From: Dicyema japonicum
Lineage: Eukaryota; Animalia; Dicyemida
Direction of reading: 5' to 3'
Assembly: GCA_011109175.1 (NCBI GenBank)
Contig: RDEW01000020.1
Span: 1,006,703 to 1,070,702 of the forward strand
Length of the DNA stretch: 64,000 bases
The notes beneath the pieces were generated by a model. It was not told the origin of the DNA and did no database searches. It saw only the letters and a list, made by a program, of their open reading frames with translations. Both the position numbers and the translations under genes were made by a program. The first letter of the stretch is position 1. The number at the start of each line of letters is the position of its first letter. This document shows, piece by piece, positions 37,340 through 50,770 of this stretch.

Positions 37340-37455
37340 TTCCATTTTTTAAATATTCAAGAATTTATTAAGATAATATCCGGGCTGTTTCCTCTGACGA
37401 ATGCTATCGAGATGTGCTCTCGAGGTATCTTGTATCCCATTGATGACCTTTTGGA
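37340..37455 (-). mobile_element. CRE-like 3' terminal stub
   Basis: Plus strand GCTGTTTCCTCTGACGAATGCTATCGAGATGTGCTCTCGAGG matches the other CRE ends. Confidence 0.65.
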
Positions 37456-37459
37456 ACAT

Positions 37460-37900
37460 TGAACTGATACGACGAACCAGGTCGTCCGCTTATGAACAGG
37501 GATACTTGACATCTCCACATCGAAAGGGACAAACAAATGGTCTTTTATTTAGTTAATTAAACTTGTCATGATTCTGTAAGCTTGATTTATTTATTCCTGG
37601 AATAATGTAATAAACAATTTATCTGTAAACATGGGCTATGGCGACACGTGCTTCGATTTCATACAGGAGGAGCCTTTAAATGCCATTTATGGACTGTGGT
37701 GTTGAGTTTTCAAAAAAACGACACCTAAGTAGCCATGTGGTCACGCATACTGGTGAAGAATATTTTTACAGGTGGTTCATTGCTGTTCTTTTTGCTGATG
37801 TGAGAATCAGATGTGTGGGAAAGAATTTTCAACGCTTGCAATGCTGTATAGACGACGTAAGCTTCACTGTGGATCTAGTTATTTGTTAGTGAGAACTAAG
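37460..37900 (+). pseudogene. Multi-C2H2 zinc-finger gene remnant, TFIIIA-like finger spacing
   Basis: LWRHVLRFHTGGAFKC, CPFMDCGVEFSKKRHLSSHVVTHTGEEYF and CENQMCGKEFSTLAMLYRRRKLH. There is a 1-nt frameshift near 37685, a 26-nt intron (37772-37797) with acceptor mutated to TG, and a His-to-Arg change. Confidence 0.65.
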
Positions 37901-38229
37901 TTTGTATCCCGGAGACGATGATGCAATTGTTAACCCTGGAAACACAAGAGAAAATAGTTAACCAATTAAATGTAGTCAGTTCCCATTATCGCAAAATCAG
38001 AGTCTTTCATGTGTCACAAAAATATATTCTGGAACGAGGGAAGAAAAAGTCTTACATTTGTAGGAACCCTTCACATTGGAAATTTAAGAACAGAAGAAAG
38101 TAAGAAAAATCCTCAACAAAACCAACATCATTTCATTCACCTCCTTTTCAGATCTCCCAGCAATTAGATAGGCACGTCGGTGCTGATTCATATTTTTAAG
38201 TAGTCTCTCAAATTTATATTCAAATAGGA

Positions 38230-39200
38230 TTTTATATTAGTTTCTGCCTGGTTCCAAACTCGCCACAATAGGTCTGACTCCTCTTTTTTTCGAAATCAGT
38301 AGTTAAGCAGAGAACGTGATGTTGTCGATTTATTCTGTTAGTTTCCCAGAGTATCCTTTTCATTGGGTTAGTGATTGCCGAGACAAACCAGCTGAGAAAA
38401 CTGACTGTGTTATGAGAAATTAGGTCCTTGAGATATCAGTTGCGAAGTCTATTGAGTCATCCACTGCTGATGGGAGCGAGGGAAGGTATCCCCTAGTTAC
38501 GTGCTATTCAAATAGAAGTAAACAAGAAGTTTGTCCTAGAGAAGGTTGAAATCTGATGGTCATTTGGGAGTAAGTGTTGTATGGTCTCTTCTGATGGTTC
38601 CAAGATACGGTTCTGATAAGAAAGAATCCACATAGCCGAACGGATTCCACCTACGGATAGTTTGCATTGTATGACATCCCATAATCGACTCAGTGCCTTG
38701 GATGATTATCCCATATACTTTTTTATCGTATTAATGTTAACTTGAGTAAACTCTTATGACCTCAGAAAAAAACTTACTGATGTTTTTTTACGGCGGATGT
38801 GAGTGACTTAGAAGGAATGTTAAGTGTACATGGGCGAACATAATAGGCACTTCTAGCCGTCTCAATACGATAAACAATTCGCGACAGAAATTCGGGCATG
38901 TTCGAGATCAGCTCAATTAGACATTTTTGGCAGGAAAATGTTGAGTTGGTAGAGTCTTCATTCAAGAAAGATGCAAGATTGTCAATGCCAGTCAGTAATG
39001 ACAACGAAGGCTTTCTTGGTCATTCCGACTCAGTACATGTAGATCCATGAGAGCATGCATCACAGTTGATCGATTGTTTTCTTTGTTCACCTTTTTGCAT
39101 TTTTCAAGGTCATTTCATCTTTTGGGGTTTTAACATCTTATCCTTGCTCTTTCACGAGAAGGTTTGTTTTCTTGAAACACAACATCCAACGAAAAGATTG
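38230..39200 (-). mobile_element. CRE-like retrotransposon, N-terminal/RT-start fragment
   Basis: INCDAC (Cys pair), EETIQHLLPNDH, YLKDLIS and EKRGVRPIV, matching CRE LKDL..GGVRPIAV. Confidence 0.55.
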
Positions 39201-39629
39201 ACGCCTTTTCGATTGGAAGCATTAGTACGCATCTGAACAATGAGACAGTCCCGTCGGGATCTCTACCCTTCTAGGGTTTTGAATATGCCAGGCTCACATT
39301 TCCGATGCGGGGGAATTGCTGATAGTTACGGACATCTCTTGCAAAAGTGTGTAGAGATTCCAGCGGCACACTAACTTGAATAATGTCGTGAAACGCACAA
39401 TAGACTCTGACGGACACCCTTCCAAACTGGAGTTCGCTGGCCTGGATATGGGAGATTGAAAGCGACTGGACGGAGTAACAATTTTTCCGTTCAAGGAGGA
39501 AAAACCGTGGTTTATATGTTGATTCTCTGTCCCTCACCAACACAATCAGGAGTCCAGTAAATGCACTTTCCAGCGAAAAGAAAGGGAGCTTAGAAAAATA
39601 ATTAGAGGACTCCTCGACCGATATGAATA

Positions 39630-39950
39630 ATCAGCAAGTCCCTAATCTTCATCAAGAAACTCGGATGCATTTCCTCATTCAGAAGCCACAATGACCCAAA
39701 AATGCGATGGTTTATCCTGTTGGTCTCCATAGCGATCACGGGAGGCAACGCCGCACCAAGTCGGTTGGAATGGCATGTAAAGAGATCATTTTCTCTCCCC
39801 CACTCTATTGGAGGGGTTCTTTTATGTGTAAGGAATCGAAAAAAAGCATCGGAAAAATTAACGAAATTGTTGTGGAGGGGAATTTCCATACGTGGGGAGT
39901 TAGTGTCTATATGTCGTACCTCCACTGCGGTCATCATAGTGATTTATAAG
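39630..39950 (+). repeat. Diverged repeat related to SINE copy E and to 59255-59370
   Basis: Shares CAAGAAA.TCGGATGCAT..CACAATGA..TCCATAGCGATC with 59265-59355, and GATCATTT.CTCT.CCCCACTC.A.TGGAGGGGTT with 59067-59100. Confidence 0.5.
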
Positions 39951-40462
39951 ACTATTTGAACAAATTCAGGCAATTAGCTTCATCGCTGTGCTTTATCTAC
40001 ATTCACATTCTAGACTACATTCTAGACGACTTGAAGATCTCTTTCAAAGATGTCCAATGGAATTTCACAAGGTTTACAGGTGGTATCTAATAAAGTAAAA
40101 GAGTGTTTCTCAAACAAACTGAATGAAAGTTTGGGACCCTGTAGAGAGGGCTTCATCTTCCTTGGTTTGCATCATGCTAGACCTACATGTGATTTCTATC
40201 AATAACTATTAAACAAACCAGTTTCAGAAAGCTAATGGAACCCATTCAAGACCAGTTTGTTATGTCCTGAAATAACGAGATTCATCAATCCCCTATGTTT
40301 GTAGCATCACATCTTGATACCAATGTGTGCCATGGACTTTGCTATTCCATCTTTTACGTACGTAATGCTAAATAAAAAAAGAATAAAGGATTCTTGCTGG
40401 GAGCTCATAATATTTCTTCAACAGAAAAGAGGATGAGCTGTCGCTAGACCTATCAAATATAA

Positions 40463-41360
40463 TTTTTACACTTGACTGATCGTAACCCTGACCAACCTAT
40501 AACATGTCATGTGATTACATGTCCTCCTGACATGATTTTTTAAAAGTCAAAGGAACAAAAGTTAAATGGATCACTTATCTCCACCGTTTTTATGGCCATG
40601 AGTTTCTGGTCAATGAGATCATTGCATGTGTTAGTTACTTTCAGCAAGTTCCTTCTTTCAGGTTGAAGCGTATAGATGCTTTTGAAACAGACTGTCCTTG
40701 GATCACTTTCAAATATCCATGTAATATCTTGGATCCAATTGTACATAGTTCTAACTTGTAGAAAATTAAACTGACAAAAGAAATCAAAAAGGAGTCGATA
40801 AGAAAAACAATCATCTACCATTTGAGTAGATGTTTACTAATGTCACTGGTATTAAGATCTACCACATTCCCAAAGCAAAAAAGCAATTTCCATGGAGCAT
40901 GGGTATTAATTTTATGAGATTTTAAGATACAATCAATACTAAAGGCTTGCTAATTCAAAAACAGTGTTAATTCCGTCAAATTTGGAAGTGATAACGCCAA
41001 TCACATTTTTAGACAAAATTAAATTTTAATTTTCTTTAGAAAAAAGGGAGGGGCGATGTCAAGGTCTTCCATTTCATTTTTTTCTCCAAAAAGGGGGACC
41101 AATGTCAAGATCACCCTTTTTTGTCCCTTACAACGCCAATTACGTTTTTAGACAAAATTAAAAATTTTGTTTTTCTTCTGAAAAAAGACCGATGTCAAGG
41201 TCTCCTTTTTTGTCTCTTGGAACCCCAGTCTCACGATGATTTAGAGTGAAAAGTTGGCACTATAACTACTTAGGGGGTACTTTAATGCACAAGTACCTTT
41301 ACATCTTAGATAAAGTGAGTTCTGCCTAAGCTGATGTTTAATAATGGAAGCATACTACTC
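40463..41360. repeat. Unclassified ~0.9-kb dispersed repeat, copy 1
   Basis: Collinear and highly similar to 60177-61099; three GATGTCAAGGTC-type and two TTTTAGACAAAATTAAA internal repeats. Confidence 0.85.
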
Positions 41361-43399
41361 CTTGTCGGCTGTTGTTGTGTTATAGATCCTCATATGTTTA
41401 ATAGAATATGTTTTGGATTTGCCAAAAGATTGCATATTACTCAGTTTAGTGCTGTCTTTCGCGATTACCTGTGAGTTCGACCCCCCACATTGCTGCATAA
41501 CTAGTTCGAAAGATTTCTTTCTGCCCTTTAAAAGGCGTTACATGACTAGCGAGATGCCAAGTGTTAGGCACACATTCAAAAAAGATCCCTCTCTTCTTTA
41601 CTCTACTAGAAGGGTTCCCACAATGGCATATATGGATGGACATAATGCTTGGAGAGGATACGTCTCATTCTGACAGAAGGTGTTCGAAATACTTTAATTT
41701 TTTATAAAGCCAATTAAAGACAAAAATTAATAGTTAGCAATCACTGGTTGATCTCATAATTGAGAGCGCAATACACCTTAAGACTTTAATTAACTCAACA
41801 TCTTTCTGGTATATCCAGGCTCATTAACTAAATCTCAGTTGACCGTGATTTCATTAAATCTTAACAGTAATTTGTCTTTTATTTCTCATTAAAAAGATGA
41901 GAGAATTTGAGTATGAGTCTACACCAAGTGACACTGTTAACAAGTCTAAATTTTGAAATCATTAAAATATTCATGAATGCAGTCGCTATTTAAATTCATA
42001 AATCAGCAATTCTAGCACTCAAACATGTAAGTTAGCATAAAAAAGACTTGCCCTACCCCAGTATGACGAACTTAAAAAAGTATTAGAAAAAAGTTAAAGT
42101 TCCGAGACACAGCTTTTCAACTCCATCATGTATTTTATTACCCTCAAATGAACTAAAAAGGTTATAAAACCAACTAATGAATTATTTTAATATCCCTCCA
42201 TATTGTATGCTCCAATGCATGTATTGGAATCATCAGGCCCTTTTATTAATATCAGGAATCTGATCAATGTAGTGGATTTATCAAACAGGATATCGATTAT
42301 TTTACACACAGAAGTTCAACTCTAACAGATCACAGTGAAGATCAACCTCCCCTTCATCCGAATAGCAATAGTCAACANTCAGGCCCTTTTATCATCATCA
42401 GGAATCTGATCAATGTAGTGGATTTATCAAACAGGATATCGATTATTTTACACACAGAAGTTCAACTCTAACAGATCACAGTGAAGATCAACCTCTCCTT
42501 CATCCGAATAGCAATAGTCAAAATTTACACCCCTCCTGTGTCATCTTGGTAGCGTAGCTACTCGGCTACTTTACCAGAATAAAAAGTCTAATTTGTAACA
42601 TTAGCAAACTCTGCCACTTTACCAAAATAGAAAAAGTCTTAATTTTTGGAACATTAACGCAGAGTCCTCTTGTATACAATCCAACCACTGGACCAAAGAG
42701 GATCTCTAATATCAGACAACATTGACGACTTATTAATGACCGGAACAAACACACAAGAACCTCCACCCAGAAGGCATCACCAGGTGAATGAACCGTTTTC
42801 GGAAGACGTGGAATAATTTTCAAGACTCTTATCAGAAAGTCCAAGTCATTTGACATGTTCTCCAGTTTGATGTGCTTATTTTATCGAGTTTATATGTACG
42901 GTAAATGTTTTGATTGTGGCAAAACTGCATTTGCTTGTTTAATCATTTTTCCATGTGGAAATTTAGGAAGAAGATCCTGAAACAACTCTTCTATGTCTTG
43001 GTCTTGAGGAAACTAAAATGCAATAACCTAAAATAAGCATCAATATAACATTTATCAAAGTGTTGTCTCTTATTTGCATCAATAGTCTTTTTAGAGATTC
43101 AGTCATCCTCATCGGTGTTATGGTAAATCAAGTGAAGTTCAATTGAATGTGGTTGAACTACTTCATTATGGGTAACTTTGAACAGTACATTAATTGATGA
43201 AGTTCTTATAAGGGTAGTTTTTACTGAGCACTCAATTACTGTACATTTCTGCCGCTGTGCTTTTATTTCTACGCTAATTAAAAATTTGCACACATTCTCT
43301 TCAGTTATAGACGATTCAATATTATCTAGAACATAATCTTATTCCAATGTCGATAATAGTTTCCCACAAGCCTTCTGCTGTGACTAACCCATATTTATG

Positions 43400-44660
43400 C
43401 TCTACCCTCATGCTTAGAGAGTCTACTTAATCACAATTGTCTGAATATATGCTTGTGTCAGATTTTTGGAGCTTTTCTAATTCTTCGACATGTTTTAATG
43501 CGTGTTGGGAGGTGATTCCTATGTCGACCAGAGTGATGTTGTCGCTCCTTTTATCAAACACAAAAATATCTCGTTTGCTATTCTTTACCTTCGTATCCTT
43601 GGCTACTGTTGTATCCACTCTAATCTCCACTGACTCGTTCGCAACAATAGACTTCACGGAGTGTGTCTTGATTCCCCTAGTCTTATTAATTCCATATTTA
43701 AGAGACAGATGTATGCATTTAGCCACTCCATTATGTCTACAAAAGTAGTCGCCGACCACCCATTGCCGCCAAGAAGTGGACATATTTCCTAGCAGAATTA
43801 CAATGACTACATAGTAGAAGAATAAATTTCAGTTTTGTATAAGACACAACAATATTTGTTAATTAAAGATTTCTCCTGGATCTCTTTCAAAAGTTCAGAT
43901 GCATAACAGCGGGTTCTTTGTATCTTCGATGGATGAATTATATGATTGTGAACATACGTTCTTTCTTTTTGTGACCCGCAGAATCACTTCTTTCCTCGAA
44001 CAATACTTCGTCTCTCAACAGGTAGAGTTTTTATTTGTTTCTAGGCCTCAAATGAATCAGTTCCTTTACAAGATCTTTCCTTTTGTTTTGGTGGATTAGT
44101 TCAAATTCTAAAGGTTAGATATCCATGAGTTCAATGTAGTAAGGATAAAACTTATTCATTTATGGCTTTGGACACATTACCCGAGTTCAATCATGTATTT
44201 GCCAGACTGTTTATCTTCTTTTAACTCCATTAAATATTAACTTGGACATTTGGTTTTTCAAAACGTTGCTTTTTCAATCCTATAGGGTCATCGAGTACCC
44301 GATACAATTAGCAAGTATCCACTGATTCAAAAGATTTATTCACGTCTATCCACACATGGCCATATTATTCCTGTTCTGCTAGTCGATCAACTGGTTAAGT
44401 GTTGCTTGTTCTATTTCCCTTTGATACCTTCTTTGGGTTCCCAATGCATCCCTCAATATATCCTGAAAGTTTGCTGCTCANNNNNNNNNNNNNNAAAGTT
44501 ACAACCAAGAACAGAAGCTCACATATATCCATCAGGCTTATTTGGTGTTGGAAAAAAACTCAAATGTGAACCCGAACAAGATAAGGAATGGTCTGCCTGT
44601 CTTCTGGTAGATAGAAAGCAAAAGAGCAAAGCGATATATCCATTTCCTGAGTCTGTGCAA
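43400..44660 (-). mobile_element. R4/NeSL-like REL retrotransposon fragments
   Basis: RHNGVAKCIHL, VEIRVDTTV, RDIFVFDKRSDNITLVDIGITSQ; upstream NVSKAINE. Confidence 0.75.
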
Positions 44661-44680
44661 TTGTAAATTTAGATATGGCT

Positions 44681-44896
44681 CCGCGTGGTGCTATAGTTTG
44701 TCAAAAATTATTTTCTTTTCCACGATGGCGTCTTTGGATCCATCTTACTGAGAAAACGCCCGATACCTGGCCGGGATCAAATAGATTCAACTATTCTTTC
44801 CCCGGGGACAATGTCGTTACCTGGAGACAAGTTCTGGAACGAGTTAAGATCAAAGAATTAGTTAGTTTGGTTACCCTTGGTCTTTGGAATAAATAA
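44681..44896 (+). mobile_element. Structured SINE-like element, family 1, copy D
   Basis: Head CCGCGTGGTGCTATAG; core GATGGCGTCTTTGGATCCATCTTACTGAGAAAACGCCCGATACCTGGCCGGGATCAAATAGATTCAA (44724-44790); family tail. Confidence 0.75.
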
Positions 44897-46949
44897 GAAT
44901 TCAAACTTTGTCATTGAGGATAGGTATGATTCTCCTTTTGTACTCTGACACTTGTGTTCTCTAGAAAACCTTCAGAAGGATTCACACAAGACTAAAGGTC
45001 TCACTAATAACAAATCTGTGATATCCCCCGAGACCAAGCTCACTTACTTTCACTCTGCTTTCGATCCCCCTAGTGATAACTTCAACTAAGTTGAAATAGG
45101 TAATAATTCAAATAGAATTTAGGGTTATCCCAGTCTATTTCATAGAGTTGAACATTGCCACGTGATTTTTTTGGTGAGACTTTTAACTTTTCTGATATAA
45201 ATACATTTTTAAAAACAGGTGGCAATGAATAGCTACCATACGCTATTCGTAGGGTGGAAAGGAGTCGTAAGCAACGTCCCTATGACGTGTTCGTATGCTT
45301 GGAGTAGTTGAGTGATCAACTGTGAATTTGTTGATCTATACATTAGTGCCAAAATGATAGAGACTTCCCAAATCGAATAACCATAGAGTTTGTCTAGTTC
45401 AGTCTGGAGTGAATGCTTCAAGAATTCAGTTATCCAATATTTGGTGTCTTTGAATACTCTATATTTGTGTTGTTCATTACAAAAAGTAGTTTTTTATCTA
45501 AAGTTTTGAAAGGATTTTTTTAGTCCGAGAAATGAAAACTGTGTTCTCTCAATTTTAAAGTTTTACTGGACCGCGTGCAGGCGGAGCTTGCGAGCTTCGA
45601 TTATTTGGCAAACGACACAGAGTCTTTTCTGGAACCTCCACAGCCCGGACTTTTTTGGCATGTGTCCTCAAATTGGTTTACCGACTGCTATGCTGTTCTG
45701 CTGATTCTTCAGCACGCAGTTGTTGGATGTAAACATTCACTCACTTTTTCGTAAATATTTTTATTTGCTCAAAACTTTTTTTTAATTAAAATCCGTCCAT
45801 TTATCTGCGAGTTATCGTGTCAAATGTATACAGACAACATTCAGCTTTAATAAGTATACATTTATTTTTTACCCACGTGGGNTTATTTGCTCAAAACTTT
45901 TTTTTAATTAAAATCCGTCCATTTATCTGCGAGTTATCGTGTCAAATGTATACAGACAATATTCAGCTTTAATAAGTATACATTTATTTTTTACCCACGT
46001 AGGCTATCCCTCATTGTCCTTCATCTCCGGGATCTTGAATTAGTGCCTAGAAAGTTTCTTGGTATGATTATCAACAAAACGCATAGATCGTGGCCTTAAA
46101 CTATTTTAACATTAAAAATAAACTTAGCAGTTCTGAACTTTTCATTGAACGAATCTGTGATGACAGACAATCCATTCCTAGAAATTCGATTTTGACTACC
46201 TCGCTCGTCCACACCACTTTATCTGAGTGAGTCACACCATCCAACATTGCTTTCAAAGCTTGTAGCTTACCGTTATTTATTCGACACATTACAATCTCTT
46301 AGACATTATTAAGTTCCCAAGACAGACATCCAACATCAACTGTATTTTCAATCTCCATGCTTTATTAAACTCGTTAGAAATAGACATAGACCACCCAACA
46401 AAATATAAAATCACTAAATAAATGAATAAAATAGAAAGAAATAAAAAATGTTTTGTTTGTATAAAATAAATAAAATAATAAATTCAACAGTGATCATAGT
46501 ATTGTTCGTGGAGGATAAACAAAATTGCATAACAGAACACGATCGTTGGCGGTCCATACTTTATGCACCAGTTCATTAGATTCGATTTGGTCTCAAAACC
46601 AAGACCGTAGTAACGATTGTCTTATGGGAGTAACATAATACGGTAGTTTCTAAAGGTTTCTTCGGATCCAAGATTGTTCTTTGTCTCTTGTACGAGCAGA
46701 TATCAATTTTCTAAAGTGGCAGATCTTCAGATTGTTGCTCATTGTTGGTTAGAGAGTGCTTTGTCGTTTTGTGGCAATTGCGAACGAGGGTTTTGAACTC
46801 AAGCATCATAAATACATAATTTTTTCAGAGAAAAACAGAAGCACGTCACCACTTCAACCATTAAAACCGATGTTGGGGTATCCCTTTTTATTCTGTGCTT
46901 ATGGAATTTTAATTTCGAACCTTTAGACGATTTATTCTTTATAGCGTAA

Positions 46950-47300
46950 ATGGTCCGCTTAACTATGTTCTCCACCAAATATTTTCCTCATTACATGACC
47001 CCGTGGTAATCCGGACCAATAAGTCCGCTTTATCAATTTTTGTATCTCCGAATCCGATGCCTTCTATCGTTAAGCGTTAGAACTCACCAAAACACGCAAA
47101 TTGAAAAAAAACCCACGTCTTTTTAAAATTCCGATTAACGAGAAGTGTCTTGTATTCAGAAAAGCAATGGGTACAATGGAGGAGCACATCAAAAACTTAA
47201 AAAAAATGAAACTACCTTATCAACCTGTTCGCCAATCTCGAGGAAATCTGACTGGAAGATGGCTACTACTGAGCATTACCGAATCTTTCGCTCCCAAATA
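46950..47300 (+). mobile_element. LINE ORF2 C-terminal remnant of the same APE family
   Basis: FRKAMGTMEEHIKNL parallels RKVVGTMEDHR and CVGSMEEHR. Confidence 0.5.
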
Positions 47301-48959
47301 TTGTATTGGTTTCTCCTAGTCTTTGCTGGAGGCACTACAAACTCGGATACGCACTCAGATTGAAACAGATTATCACGTTAAGCTAAATTCCATCGCATTT
47401 TTGAATGTCCACATCCCACTTCCTGGTGTCTTCATGAAGCACTATTCTTCCAAACTGACTTAATCACAAACGATTCAAAATATCATAATCTTCGTGAACC
47501 TATATGAGAAATGACCCTCTTTGGCTAACTGGTAAAAAAGAAAGTGACTTATATCACATCACACTTGAAGAAACAATTAGTCATTTTCAATGACAAATAC
47601 TTGAATCTCGAACAGCTCAGGTCAAGGACTTCAATACTTTCCCCGACCTCATTTTATGTTGCCCGTCACTATCTTCAACGATGTGGAGGAAAACTATATA
47701 TGACATTACTTCAGAACATAATCCACATATCTTTCAATTAAAAAGTCTCGTGAAAACCGTCAAGATATTTAACAAGATGGCGTTGAATCCCATGGGTTCC
47801 TGTAGTTTTATTTTGTCCATTATATTGTTACAGTACACACCAACTGAGCAAATATCAGATACTCTGCTGTAGGGGAAATCTGCTCTTCAATAGTAGAACT
47901 AACAGATTCATAAAAATGATAAAAATAGTAATCGCTTACTTGCTGGTGGAAAATGACAAATTTAACTGATTTTGGGATGTTATTGCTATTAAACAAAATA
48001 AATTTAAAACACAAGGAGATAATTCCGAGGAAGATAGTCATCTGGATCTATTTAATTTCCTATGTTGACTGGAGGATCATACATCCATGTTCACAAAGAG
48101 TGACCATTGAGGCCTAATAGAGACACTTTCGGTAGAAGTACACAAGGTCACTTATGTTTTACTGTAACATAATATTTTCAAAAACATGGATAAAAAATCT
48201 TGCATTACATCCTCGGGGTATATATACGCAGATAGAACACTATCATCACCAGTCTGTTTTCCTATTTTTTGTAAAGAATTCTTAAGGATTCACTCAGAAG
48301 ATTACAGCATTTTCTAGAATGTTCCATTTATATTCAAAGTGTAGATGGCCGTTATAACCAGGACTATTGCAAGTTTAAAGTTTGACAGACCTGGGAAGCT
48401 GTTATTGATATACTTATACACTTTACTAACATCGCAGTAAACTAAGGAATCACTTAGTAAAATAGTTCGTAAGCAACTCACTAAACAGGCTCCATCAATA
48501 TTATTCAGGAATTGCGAGCGTATTCCCTCTAACAATTTCCTTGAAAATCCGCTGAATCAGCAATCCTTCTCTTAGGTTGTTACTCTTTTTTACTATCAAT
48601 GATCCGATGGCATATTAAAAAATCGATTTGTGTTCTATGATCCATGAAATCAAATTTATTAAACCCTAACTGCACTAATAAAGAAATTATCCTCCATCCA
48701 CATATCAATTCTTCGTTTCTGACCTGTCTTTTCAATGATCACAGAACGCTTAGAGGGTACGCTACAATAATTTCCTCGAAACTAGTCCTGTTCAAAAAAG
48801 TGAAACGAGAAGTCACATCCAAGGCTTCCTGAAAGTCGAGGAGATGTAAACATTAAGTGAACTAGAGATATGCTCAAATTCACCAAAGTTACGTCACTGC
48901 CTCAATTTTTGAAAAATTAACCACCTGGTTAATTTGGTTATCCAATCTGATCGTTTCCA

Positions 48960-49520
48960 GGCATGCCTGCAAAGACCTTCAGATTAGAAGGTAGGGATGT
49001 CCATCGGCGTCAAAGTACACCTAGAGACTTCGTTCAAGGTTATTTGTCTATGAGATCTGCCTGCTTCTTTCTTCTTTCTGCAGGAGAGAGCATTTAGACC
49101 AAAACAGTAGATCTGGTATCCGTATCGGCAAGGATGTAACACACAGACTTTTAATTCCAATCTTATTGAGATCCCAATACGGATGCACTCATCAACCATA
49201 AAGGTCCCAAAATTTTACTAGGAATGGCGTTTAGCCATGCATCGCTCTCGGTAGACGCTCCCGACAACAAAATGGCATGATGATGTTGGTTAGATGACGG
49301 AAGCAGATCTTTAAAGACTACCAGCAAACGACATTGTTCAGACCCCGTTGAGAAATCATGGAAGTTTGAGCTCCATGCCTCACGAGCATGATCAATGNAC
49401 AAAAAGGCATGATGATGTTGGTTAGATGACGAAAGTATATCTTAAAAAAATACCAACAAGCGACATTGTTCAGTCCCCGTTAAGAGATTATGGAAGTTTG
49501 AGCTCCAGGCCTCACGAGCA
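48960..49520 (-). mobile_element. CRE-like retrotransposon, post-RT region
   Basis: SDAWLNAIPSKILG, DECIRIGISIRL..LHPCRYG, GLNALSCRK (CRE AWLNA.P..LGL and GLH.LSC motifs). Confidence 0.8.
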
Positions 49521-49559
49521 TGATCGATGACAATGGTGTTACTGATGTGCAAGGAAATA

Positions 49560-49870
49560 AATGTCTACTGGGTTTCAAATTAAAGCCCTCCGAGTCTGAC
49601 AGTGTGGCCTGCTTCCATGAGTAATCATCGAACCGGACGTTGAAGATACGACCCACCGTCGAACAGAAGTTTCGTCAATGTATGCGAGTTGGTCACGCTG
49701 GGTGAAATAGCGAGCAGTCCTCAGGACATATGCAAGTCTCTGTATGTTGAGGCTCTTTTTCGGGAGGAAAAATGACGTATGCACGTCAATTACACACTAG
49801 CAGTCCAGTATTTCTCTGAGTAACAGTCGTTTTTCACGCACTCTCCTTATTGCATGCATGATGATATGAG
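49560..49870 (-). mobile_element. Tc1/mariner/IS630-like transposase fragment
   Basis: QRLAYV...LAYIDETSVRRW resembles the first catalytic Asp (DET) motif. Confidence 0.4.
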
Positions 49871-49929
49871 GGATCCGAGGAAGATTAGGTCTTCGTCAAG
49901 TGTGGAAATAGATTCAGGCAGAAAATTTC

Positions 49930-50110
49930 AGAAAGATGAGACGGCTTTTGAATACTTATATTTTGAAAGTACACAATTGTAAATTTCGCATTTAGTGCAA
50001 TTTAATTTCAGTCCAGAATCCAACAGCGCTGGAATTATCACCCCCACATCATGGAAAATAGTATCTGAAGAATGACGTTGATCTTGCTGCCAAACATGTA
50101 GTCGATCCAG
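49930..50110 (-). mobile_element. CRE-like RT fragment
   Basis: PALLDSGLKLNCTKCEI matches GL.LN..KCE after the WYLDD motif. Confidence 0.5.
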
Positions 50111-50639
50111 ATTTTGTTTTATTTTTGACGTATAACCAAACAACCGCTTCAAGTTTGAGTTTTTCTTTGTGGGAATATGTTCCCAATGAGTAGGTTCCTT
50201 GGAATAATATGAAGTAACGCAAAAGTCATTGATTAGCAAGTTATGGTAGATCTTCCAGAGCTAAACCATCCTGGGATTCATGTTGAGGAAAAGATAATGT
50301 ACAATCCTAGAGTACGCGCTATTAAACTAGAGGTAAGAAAGATCGGCCTGTATGAAGCAGGGATTCCTTCAGTTTTCCGGATCTATCAAAACAATTATCA
50401 TAAAATATTTAACTTTAAAATTAAAATTAATTCCAAAAATCACTGTTAAACTGAAAAAACTAAACTAAGTCTACACAAGTTCGTTGCGGGCGAGCACTTC
50501 CTTTTTGGCATTGGTGTCCATTTTTGTTTTTTTTTGATTATTGTCTCCATGGGAGTCAATGCTCTGATGTTTTCCCTCAAAGATTTTTTATGAAAATAAA
50601 AATAATATTTTAATAATTTTTTTAAAATTAAATTTATTT

Positions 50640-50770
50640 AAAATTTATTAAAAGTTTGGGAGCTTGAATGGCCATGTTGTTTCCTCTCGAGATATGCTCT
50701 CGAAGCCATCAGTCTCACGTGGATCCTTGGTGACTCTTTGGATTATTGAGCCTTTCCGAAGAACTATATC
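50640..50770 (-). mobile_element. CRE-like 3' terminal stub
   Basis: TTGAATGGCC..TGTTTCCTCT..CGAGATATGCTCTCGAAGCCATC.AGTCTCACGTGGATCCTTGGT matches the 14.9-kb copy. Confidence 0.7.

Noticed and set aside
41268-41300. CACTATAA as a CACTA/Transib terminus in the 0.9-kb repeat
   Set aside because: It points away from the iterons, has no matching inverted partner, and the repeat continues about 90 nt beyond it.
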